A DNA stretch of 63,873 nucleotides, the filler included, from Lenisia limosa (Eukaryota > Protista > Breviatea), in assembly GCA_001655205.1 (NCBI GenBank). It is 9 parts of 9 records of this genome, joined end to end, with 100 filler letters (N's around TTAATTAATTAA, not from the genome) between each part and the next. Parts side by side here need not be neighbours in the genome. Positions count along the whole stretch, not along the records: positions 45,245 to 60,989 come from LPNZ01003993.1; 8 more parts are not named here. One strand, given 5' to 3'. The stretch's first letter is position 1. The number at the start of each line of letters is the position of its first letter. Made by a program: the position numbers and the translations under genes. A model generated the notes under the pieces. That model was not told the origin of the DNA and searched no databases. It saw only the letters and a program-made list of their open reading frames with translations. Below, in pieces: positions 45,245 to 57,200 of the stretch.

Positions 45245-48200
45245 TAGCCTGGCAATCAGAGTACCCTGCGATTTGAACAGCGACCGCCATTGAGAGTCAA
45301 AAGAGGACGTGCATGTGGACATAATGCATTGTGACCCTGTGAGGAGGGCAGCTGGGGGTGAGTGGGGATATTGTTTTGTGTATGTCTCTCTCTCTCTCTG
45401 TATGTGTGTGTGTGACTCCCACACAGCCTACATAATAAGGCAGTTTCTTTGTAGTTCGCTCCAGCGATTCCGAACAGAGCGAAGGGAAGAAAGACACAGA
45501 AGAAAATAATAAACTATGGGGTTAGAAACGAAGTTAGGGATCTGGTGCTAAAACGCACGAAGGTACATAGACTGACCGCGAAAAATCCGTATGTATTATG
45601 TACATGTATCTGAGTGTGAATATATCCCCCCTTAGATATGAAAATACCACCCACGCCGCCGGCGCCTACTTGGTGGACCAAATAGGGAATCAGGAAGGAG
45701 TTGGCAACAATGTAGAAGAAGATATAAAGCGCCAACATGTTCAGAATTTCGCCTAAAACAATGATCAGAAAAATAACATAACCGAAGAGACAATTTTAAG
45801 ACAGTAATTTCAACAGGCGGAATTGTCGAGTTAACTGTGTGTTAACTCGACAATTCCGAAGGCCGTGTAAGAGAAGTCAATACGGCGCACTGATTTAGTA
45901 TTCTTATGAACAAGTTAAAATTTCCAATAATTACATGGGAATCCCATGAAATTGGATGGAAATTGGAAGAAATTTAATTATGTGATTTCCAAATAATACA
46001 AGGGTATCCCAAGTCGATGCGCCATAGTGGTAGGAAGGCAGTATTACTACCGTTTCGCTTACCATTGGTATCACCGTGGCTGTTAAGTAAGCAGGAGAAG
46101 ACTTCGAGGGTTGAAAGGGAGAAGAGGCCTAGACCTAGCATTGCAGAAGACTGGAACAATTATGTAGAGATGAAAATAAAAAAGGTAGAACTCAGCCGAA
46201 GTATATCAGAAAAACAATCCTCAAAGGCCAGATTTCTCAATTATATGAAAGACCATCATACCTTTGACCCGAACCAGATCATGCGAGATTGCGACCAAAT
46301 CAGAAGCCCAACGGTGAGGATAACGGCAACAGCGTAGTAAACGCTGTCTGGAAATGGTAAGAAATAGAGGAGTAATTGATATCTAAAAATTGAATGAGAG
46401 AAGTAAATGCTGGAAATAGTATGGTTATTTGTTTATGAATTCCTATGTTCATTTAAAATTTATTTTAAATTGTTCAAAACCCAAACTACCTTGAGTCCCG
46501 TTGTTCGTGTAGAATCGGCCTACTCGGAACACAGCGTTCAGACTGAGGAAAACGAAAAAGGTGTGCTGGGAGAATAAAACGGAACATTTTAAAAAAACAC
46601 ACCCAGAAGAAAAAAAAATGATGGATAAAAAAACTTAAAAAAGCCCAGGCTATGAAGGGGGGGGGGGTGTAATTGCAGTCTTACAAACATATGATATAGT
46701 ATTATATACCCATATTTATAGTATACAATATAACTACATGCATATGTACATGTACATGTATTTAAACAAAAAAAAATGTATTATATATCGATATATGATA
46801 TACTAAACAAAAAGCAATGTGAAATAAAAAATAAGGATGTATTTGGATAATAATCATATATATTAATTCACCCAATCATTTGCCTTACAACTCTATGCAC
46901 ACAGCATGTATATAATATGCTGAGGCGCCTAAATCGTGTCGGTTTTGGGATATCGTGTCGGTTTTGATTTTTGCCCTACCACACAGCCTTCTATCTAAGT
47001 TATATCATACTTTTGAGTGTAAAAAAGCAAAAATCAAGAAAAAATAAGAGTTTTTTTTTTGAAAGTTCAGTCCACAGTTCAGTTCATTCCCTTTTCTCCA
47101 TTTTTTTTTCTCTTAACACCCCTCTTTTAAAATTTTGGATTTTTGACCATTTATTTTTTTGCTATTCTTGAAGATACAGCATAACTGTAGCATACCTTAT
47201 CGTCTGTTTGAACAGAGGATCAATTCTTGATCCAAAAAAATTGTGCCGCTTAATTGTGCCGCCAGCGGACCAAGGTGAGAGAATTAAAGTTTTTTTCGAA
47301 TTTGAAGCTAAAGAAGTGCTCTTGCAGCAATATTGTTTTATTTGTTCTAAACTACATGAAATTATGTAGTATTTATCTCAAAATGAGACGCAGTACTAGT
47401 CATTTAAGTGTGCTTTCTTATGCATTTTTCAATTCAATTCATACTTTAGACAGGAAATAGGTGCCTCAAATTTACGCTGTTTGAAAGATTTCTTTGGTAT
47501 GCGAAACAAAATCGTGTTTTTGTCATAATATTACAACTCATTTCAAATATGGAGAGCTTTTGTTCAAATTGAGACACAATATTTGTCATATAAGTGTGTT
47601 TTCCTCAATTCAATTGATACTTTAGGCAGAGTAGTTAACTCGGTGTCTCATTTCCGCTGTGCTGATAGTATCTTAAGTATGTGTGGAGCACTCTGTAATT
47701 TTGCCTAAAGTTTATATTATTTAGTGAATTTTATGAGTATTTAGATTGCTTTTATGAATAATCTTAATCTTCAGATCATGGTCAAAGTCTCAGCTGAAAG
47801 TTACTTCGGTGCAAAAAAGCCGGTTTTGGAAAATGGTTGGAATGTTCAAAACGATATTGAAAAGAATAAATTTATGAATTTGGCTTGCCAGGCATGGCAT
47901 GACAGAGATCCAATCAAATGGAGATCACTATCATCTTTTCTGCTGATGGACTCTGCGTCTGAATATTCATTCAAAATCCCTCATGCAACATTCAAGAAAT
48001 GTTATAACAGGTATGTTGCACAGGTTGAAGAATGCATAAAAGAGCAAAGGACTATTTCTGGGCGTTTCAAACTTATTGGTATTAATGCTGGAAGAGAACC
48101 TATGTATGTCCGAAAAATCAAAACAAGTTGTTATTGATGTGACAAAAGGATTAAAGCAGGTGAGCTGTTTTTTACTGTAATCATTATAGAACGGTCTTAA

Positions 48201-51200
48201 GCCCCACCTCTCTGTTATTTTAAGAAAAGTCAAAGAATCCGATATGCAAGGAAGAGGTTCATTAACATACATTCGAAAGCAATTAAAGAGTCTTATTGAT
48301 CCACCAAATTTAGATATAAACAGAAAAAAAGCAACACAGGTACTCTCAAAAAGGACAAAGAAGCAGTTAGAACTTATATGCTGGAGAAAACAAAGGAACT
48401 GATTATCACTCGATATGCCTCTGTTTTTCGACATTTGGCGGATGATAATCTGGAGTTAGGTTTGTTGTATCCTCCCAATTTCACTCCCGCAGCTGTTGAA
48501 GCGTTTAACACAGATTATGACTCTATGTATTCAAACTTTGTTACAGCTGCCAAAAAGTCTCTCGGTTTTGACACGAGCTACGAAGCGAAACTAAAAGCAG
48601 TAGGCATGTCATTGGTTAAATAACTTTAAGTGTTTAAAAGAGAAACTCTCTGTATCTCAAGCAAATCAATTAATTAGCGATTCTGTTGATCATCTGATCA
48701 ACTCGGTTAAGGATTTCCCTGTGGATAATAACAGAATTATGATGGTCGATGAAATAGCCTTCATGTGTGGGAAATGGAAAAATGTCAAAAATAAGCCTCT
48801 TGCTTCCGCAGTGTCTATTTCATCTCTATCTGGTCAGGTAGTTGGTTCTCCTATTATCGTTGGCAGTGACTACTGCCTGTCAAAAGCAGAGAAACGTGGT
48901 GCAGTTGTCTTCAATCCCCCTCCAATCCCCAGCTGCTTTGGTCTTAATCCAATTATGAAATCAATGATTGCTACTATCAATGCAACGGATCACTCTCCAC
49001 AGAATATGTTTCAACCTGACAATGAAACCATCGAAGAGGCAAGAAAATATGGAATGCACATAATTGGAGTCAATCTTAGTGGCTATTTTTCAACAGAAGC
49101 GTTCATGATGGGGATGCATCTGATGGGTAAAACATATAATTCATCTCCAAGTAGTCCAATTCTAGCAATTGGTGATAATGCTCGAATTCATGTCACTCCT
49201 CAAGTAAGACCTTCTATTCAATTCAACTATATTAGGTGAGATGCACACTCTTTCTTAGAGATGGTATAATATTGGCCACTGAGCCACCATTTACATCGCA
49301 TTTTCTTCAAGTAAGAGAACCATTTTTTGATATTATAGGTTGGTGATAGCTATTATCATGCCAAGGTGAATTCGAGGCAGCAGCAGGAGCTTGATAAGTT
49401 TTTGATGACGGATTCGAAAAAGTGAGATTTGGAGTCATTTTATGGTTTTAGAGACATGAAAGAACCCAAAATTCTTCAACTTGTTGCAAAATCGCTCCGA
49501 GAACCGTCTTTCAAAACTATTGAAGGCTCTCAATTGGATTGCGGCTACACTTTAAATGGATTCGATCCCAAACTTATTGACATTAATAAGTACAATCAAG
49601 GAACTCATTCATATATCCGAGCTCTGTTCAACTCAACTAACCTGAACGCTCCAACTGAAGCCCCGAATGTCTATCTTGCGGTACCTGCGGAACCAACGTT
49701 TTTAGACAAGCCTTCAATGTCGGACACCATTGAATTTAAGCAATCTCTGCAAATATTGGAAGGAGAAGATCTTTCCCCAGATCAGGCAATTGGTCTTCAG
49801 GCTAGAGCCAAACTCAAGAGCGACCCTCGTCTTGATCATTTGAATGCCAATGAACTTGCATACTTGGAAGGTTCAGCTGCTGCTTTGGCCGTAGCATCAC
49901 TGCGAGATTTCTCTATTTTTGAAAAGTTACCCCTGACTAAAGCAATATCCCCTGAGTACTCCGCAATACTGGATGACAATGTTAAATTTGTCTCAAATAT
50001 TGGTCCTGCATCGGACTTGGTACTTAAGCCCATCCAGTTCTTTGTTTTGGAAAAAGGAGAAAGAGCTGCAAAATTCTTGCTAGTTCTCCAATAATATGTA
50101 AACTATCCATATTCTTTGTCTATAATGTGAAAATAAACCAATTACTTTGTTTTTTTAACGAATTTGACCCATTAAATATTCCAAAAATTCAAAAATCAAA
50201 ACCGACACGATATCCCAAAACCGACACGATTTAGGCGCCTCATATATATAATATAATATATGAAGCTACAAAACGAAATAAAAATCCACCCCTCAAAAGC
50301 CCACGGGAGGTAAGGTCATCCCTTGGCTAACTCCAATTAAAATGGAACCCAGTTATACCATCCCAATGTCTCCATCTCCAGTAATCACCCCCAAACAATT
50401 GTAGGTTTTAGAGAGTAGAAACGATGTGTCAGGAAGTCGGCTTCAAGATGCTGATCTTGGAAAGGTCTGTATTCAGGTGATAACGGGAACAATTTATTGA
50501 ACAAAACTATTCGTTTTTGTGTTTGTGCTTCTCTTTCCCATTTAATTATGACAATGATGCCCAGGAAGGGGCTTCTTTTCAAATGATGATAACGGAGCTG
50601 GGCTCAAGTGATGAAGGTGTATTCAAGTATGACGGAGCTATTCAAACAAGTGACGATGGAGGGGCTATATTCAAGATGAAATTATTTAAGAACAAAAACG
50701 TTGGATGTAACGGAAAGACAATGGTAATGAAGAAAAAGTAGGCAAATCATTCCATCCTACATAAAACCAGCAGGCGGGATGGAAGCCAGCGACTCTTCCG
50801 ACTCATCCACGTCACCAACAGCAACAGACATGTCCATATGGTACTCTAAACGTGTTACAATATTAGAAAATGTTAGCTTAAATGCGATAATCAAATCTAT
50901 TTACAAATTATGGGGGGATGCCAAGAAAGAAAACAATTAGTTAAAAACGGTACATATTAGTCATAAAATATGATCAAATAAAACTAAAAAAAGTCTTCAA
51001 ACAAAGCTTCCATAATACGAAGTCAAATGATTGGGCGAATTACATTAATTCGATAATCTAATGTCTCTTATTAGCGATGGTGTGGACGGCTACGGTCAAA
51101 TACAACCTTTTTATTTCTCATTTTATTATATGACATGTAGCATACCACTGAGTGCAACAGGGAGAGCAAAGTCGTATTCATCTTCAACAATCTCAATATC

Positions 51201-54200
51201 TAAAGCAGTTAACAATACCAATGGTAATACCTAAAGCAGCTAACAATACCAATGGTAATACCTAACGCAGTTAACAATATCAATTGTAATACCTAAAGCA
51301 GTCAACAATACCAGTGGTATACCTGAAGCAGTTAACAATATCATTGGTTATACCTAAAGCAGTTAGCAATACCACTGGAGGGTTTGCATCTACTATCCTA
51401 AATGCAGTACCACCTGCATGACTCCCTAGATCTTCTTAAATATAGTTCCAAAGGTAGGGTAAAAAAAGAAGCCCTATAAACAATACCCACAAGAGGATAT
51501 TAAGGGGGGTAAAGACCAACTTATAATACACTGCAGATGTCGTCATTAAGGGGGATACATTTATGAAATAAAAAATGCCCAAAATCAAGTCTGTTGGCTG
51601 ACACGAGGGATGATAACAACAAAACAAATAAAAACCAGGCCAGTCGCTTCCGCAACACCGCATCCAATCACTCTGGGGGGGGGGGGGGNNNNNNNNNNNN
51701 NNNNNNNNNNNNNNNNNNNNNNNNNNNNNNNNNNNNNNNNNNNNNNNNNNNNNNNNNNNNNNNNNNNNNNNNNNTCGACTGGATGATTAGTTTTTTTGCT
51801 GTAAAAGCTCGGATACCACTAGGGCTTCACTTTGCCTCGAAAACTATCGATATATTATCAGTCTTTTTCGAACCTATGTGAAGCCCGGGCCATAACAGAC
51901 CTCTCCTCAACCTTGCCTCTCATACATTGTAACCACCACACCTCATCATTATCATCCCAACATCATGCTCTTAAATACAAAAACCGCGAAAATAGAACTC
52001 ACAATTAACCAAAATAACTGGTGAAACTAAGATCATAAAGATCCGGTGGTAAAACAGTAGACATGAAATACTCCGTTCTGTTCCAAAAAAGACAGGTAAA
52101 ATATCGATATTTAACGAGGATCAAGGGTAGGGGATAGTCCTTTTTCGGACAATAGAAGGCCTAGTTAGATCATGTGATTTATAGATATCGCTAGTGCTTC
52201 ACTTCGGTTCGGTTCGATCTCTGATCGATGGGGAGTGAAGCACTAGGTATCGCCCTCACCTAATTGTTGGGCGAATGGGCCTGGGCTGGAGAATCGTGGA
52301 TTCTCTGCGGGGGTGACAAATGAAATAAAAATAATTTCTACTGATTGACGGAGTCTATTATAAAGGGGATATGGTACTGAAAGAATATCTTGGTGTTTTC
52401 ATATCGTATCATATGATGACCTCAGCCTAAGTTTCAGCAAAACTAAAATTTGAAACATATTGACACTAACAACACTTAATAATCATGAGAAAAGAATAAG
52501 AAGAAGGAAAAGAAGAAGAAGTAGACCAAGAATAAGAAGACTACACCTCAAGGCTTACGGATTTGAAGTTGCTAGGGACGACTAAAGTGTCAGAATAAGT
52601 AACACAATATTATTAATTGTATACAGCGCCCGCGATAAGTCCTGATACGATTGACTAAAGATAAAGCTCACTATCCGTGTCAGGATTTATCACTGTTCTC
52701 CTATTTAGTATTCTTTTACCCCCCCCCCCTCTCCCCTCTCCCCAACGCCAAAGGNNNNNNNNNNNNNNNNNNNNNNNNNNNNNNNNNNNNNNNNNNNNNN
52801 NNNNNNNNNNNNNNNNNNNNNNNNNNNNNNNNNNNNNNNNNNNNNNNNNNNNNNNNNNNNNNTCCTGAACTCAAAAAAAGTACGACTCCATGCAATTGAC
52901 TATTAGAGGAAATTAATTGACAAAAATTGAAATTAACGTGTCTGAAATTAAGTTTACAATACAGTATGTCTCACTTCAAATTTTGTAAATAATTTTTCAA
53001 TTAATTGCACGGAGCCCTACAAAAAAGCTTACAATGTCACCAGAAGAAGGGACTTTAACCATTGCCGAAACAGGGACATTTCGATTGAGACTGTACAGCG
53101 AAATGTTTTTGACTTTATCTGGAGGTGGGGGTGACGAGATTTAACTTTTAGTTGTTTTAGAAAGATCATGCGGTTACTGTGCAATAGAAACAGATTGAAC
53201 TTGCACTCAAACAACACAAATAAATCTGAGAAGTAATCTACTTCAGCCGGAAAAAGATGAAAATTCGCGATAAATACCGATAATTATAATAACTTTTCGA
53301 GCCTGATTTCGAGTTTATTAGGTGTTGTAAAGGCTTGAACCACCGCTTACAAGGCAAAAGGGCGAATAATCTTGACAAGTTAAACGGGAGGGAGTTGTAG
53401 AAAGTAGAGGTGACAGTGCACTTGGTTTGGGGCTCTTGTTTTACTCTCGAGACCCTAAGTGATAAAAATGAAGACTATGTGTACTAAATCGATAAAAATA
53501 TAGTATGACCACTGTGTGCAATTTAGTTAAATCGATACAATAATGCAAATAACCTAATTAAAGTAAGACGTGGCAGATTATTTCACAGAAAATTAAAGAG
53601 AGCAACTCCCCAATAATTAACCTCACAATCATAACCCCCCCCCCCTACAATTCGGCAATTTCAGTAGGACAAGCGAAAGTGTACAATTGCGGATGTAGTG
53701 TCCCAACAACACCCACTGTTTGAGTAAGTTAATGCGAGGAATTTTGGAATTAAATTGATGGAAATTATTAAGTAATGCGAGGAATTTGGTAAGTAAATGC
53801 GAGGAATTTTGAAACTAAATGGGAGGAGTTCTGTAAGTAAATGTGAGGAATGCCAAAAAGGCTCCCAGTCTTCAACACCGGAAATCAAAAAGATACACGG
53901 CATTCTGTCCTTCGCAAAATGCGATGAATTTTGTAAGTAAATGTGATGAATCACAGTTTTTTTACCCCTTACCCACCGATTGCACTCGAGCAGTGAACTC
54001 CAATCTGGGGGAATAATGGGAAGCATGAAGAAAAATAATGAAAATAGAGCTTTTATGTTATATGAACGAAAAAATTAATTCATAAAAAACATAGCCCCAA
54101 AGAGGAAAATATCGAAGTATCGGTTTTAGAACTTTCCAATTAGATGACTAATAGGTCATGCGCGAAAAAGGCCGCTCAACTATCTTTACTATATCATATC

Positions 54201-57200
54201 ATATGTATTAATCCGGGATTAATCGAGAAATTCAGTCTTATTTTTAGGAATGACAACTAATCCCCAGACATGGAGGTTGGACCAGTGGTTCTCATTGCAG
54301 CACTCAATGAGCTTGTTAACTACCTAAATCATGAAAAATGTTTTCAAAAACAAACCTTACATACCCCCACATACCCCCACACCTTAATACCTCCAACACA
54401 ATAATTATATATTGCAATGAGATATAAACAATAAGTTTGTATCTGGCCGAAACCGTCCTCCACACCATCACGCTTATTAGAGAAAATGGATAATAGTATT
54501 ATATGAATTCACCCAATCATTTGCCTTACAACTCTGTGCACAAACATAATAACCCAATATTACCACACCCACCTCAAGGCAGAGAGCATAGAGAAATGAC
54601 TCTCTGTCAGGAGGGTGCCCAAACATAATGTTGAACCTGATTGGTAAGATGTAAGGCTTCCCTGTCCATATTCATATTTATCGAGGATTTATCGAGAAAT
54701 TCCGTCTTTTTTATGACCGTACCAAGGTAGAAGTTATAATATAATATAAAACATTATTTCATAAAAAATAGTTGAATCAGTGATAGGTGAGCTGATTTAG
54801 AATATTGAATATCAAAAAAAGAAGATTGATAATATTTTTGAGCAAAATCAAAGAAACACAAATCTCACATTGATCCTCCAGAAGGCTTGACAACAGCCAA
54901 TGGATAGCTCTGTACTACCTGTTGGGTTAGTATAAGAACGTAATTAATGTTTTTAGGAAAATTAATGTACAAATTTCAAAACTAAAGAGCTTAGATTAAG
55001 AACCTCTCTCCAATCAAAAGCATTAATAACCAGGCATTACTTGTAAGGCTTAGCTTCAGTTCCAAAAAGACCAGCAAATTATCGATAGTTTTCGAGGATT
55101 TATCGATAAATTCAGCCTTTTTTTGAACCCAAGTAAAGCCCTAACTACTAGCCACCTCCCACCAGTTCAAAAGCATCATAAATATCACTGATTGATTCGG
55201 CAAGGTGCGCAGCTTGGCGCTGCTGGGGAAATAAGAGGAAAAAATAATGCTTTGAATTTCACTTTGGTGAAAATCATCGATTTAAAGGCCCATCTGTATT
55301 GAATAATTTATTGTTAAATATTACGATCGGAGGGGGCTGTTGCTTTGAAATGGGGTAGATAACGCTTCGAATTTAGAGGGGGTACTCTGAGTCAACAGAG
55401 AAGCTGACTGCGTACAGTGCGTGTGGACAACTTACAATACTTAGTTTAGCAAAAGTTACAAAGAAATTTCAAACGAGTGGGAGTAAAGGAATAATGTTAT
55501 CATAATTAACAAAGGAGCAATGACACTTTAAAAAAATACAAAACTATTTCATAGATTTGAAATCTGATCAAGTTATTTCCAATAAAAACATTGGTCCTGA
55601 CTAGGGCTTCACTTCGGGTCAAGACTGTCTTGATAAATCCTCAAAAACTATCGATATTGTCCCTGGTTTTTTTCGAACCGAGGTGAAGATCTAGTCCTGA
55701 CAACAAAAAATACCTTTGGATCTTTATGATTGGTGTTTAATATAGGATTTCCAGAAAATATAAATTGATAATCAATATGCTTCAAATCGGTTCAAAACTA
55801 TCGACATTTTACCACCATTTTTTGAACCCAAGTGAAGCCCTAATAATCAAGCTGGCCTCCCTCCCTCTGTCTCACCTCGTCAGAAATTGGGCCTTTCATT
55901 TTCAACTAAATAGTCACATCTACAAACGAGAGTAGCATATCATTTGAAATACTGGAGAGGCACAAAGAAAGCTGCGTGGAATTCAAAAGATGGGGTGAAA
56001 TAGTATTATACAACAATCTAATATCTCAAAAAAGCTTGATCGTGTGTACTTCAATTGCCCATCTCTGCAAATAATGTATGAAATGTACTCATACAAGCTT
56101 AAGAAAACAAAAATGGAAAATAAAAGGTCTTAAAAACGATTTTACTGAGGATATCCAGTGGACTCGTTTTTAGTACCTCTCCACTTGGGTAATATATGTT
56201 ATCATGCCAAAATAGCCATTGTAGGAGGTGGGGGTGGGATCACCAGCTTGCTGGTGGTATAAACTTCTTATACCCATGGTTTAGCGTCAGGGGGTAAGAT
56301 AACAATATGCAGACCGTTTGCCAAAATATTTTAAGTTCTTTCCACCTCTATTGTTAACCAAACCTGAAACCTGCTGATTATGATGTCCACCATGTTGATT
56401 GAAATGATACTCAGATATTTCACTCGCTCCATGCCGAAGAGCTCAATCTAAAGCATTATGTCATGGGTGTATGGTGGTGATAATGACTTATTTTTATATT
56501 TAGATAATTATGCATAGTATATCATGTACATATCCCCTCACACTACCCAATTTGTAGTCAAGAATGAATATATTAAATAGAATTATTTCAGTAACTTATC
56601 CAACCTACATCATATATCCCCCCTCCCCCACATCCCATCTCCCATATCTAGAGCTTCACTTCGGTTTGACAAAAGACTGAATTTCTCGATATTTCTCCGA
56701 TAATTCTTCCATATTTTACAGATAGTTTTCGAACCGAAGTGAAGCCCTACCCATCCCCCATATCCCGTCCCCACCCCATTTTTAGTTACGCGGTTGTAGA
56801 CACTGAGTGGAATCATGGCCCCCGCCATAGACACGGATTTCGACATGTGAGACTGACTCTAAAAATATTAAAAACTAATGTGACGAACGTTATGATGGTA
56901 CCAAAGGATGATATGAAATAAACGGTATGATCAAAGAAAAAAAAGATAAAATAAATGAAAAGATGATATGATCCTTTTGACGGTATCAAAAATAAAGATG
57001 ATTTTAACCTTATGATGATGATATGGTGATATGGTGATAAAATGATATGATGACATGATGATGATAATGATGATGATGATGATGATATAATGATGTGAAC
57101 GGTAAGATGGAAGCAAAGACTCTGAAAATATCAACGAGTATGGTTTAAAAGATAATGATAAAAGTTATTATGACAGCATAAAAAGAAATCCTCCAACCAG

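Noticed and set aside
47967-48434. 155-aa antisense ORF inside the transposon
   Set aside because: It is the shadow of the transposase coding strand and has no recognisable motif.
50517-50741. Plus-strand 74-aa ORF beside the transposon
   Set aside because: It starts at a non-ATG codon, has no motif, and overlaps the minus-strand cyclase gene.
11778-51378. Minisatellites or MITE copies as a CRISPR array
   Set aside because: The tandem units have no unique spacers, the MITEs are dispersed with TSDs, there are no cas genes, and the DNA is eukaryotic.
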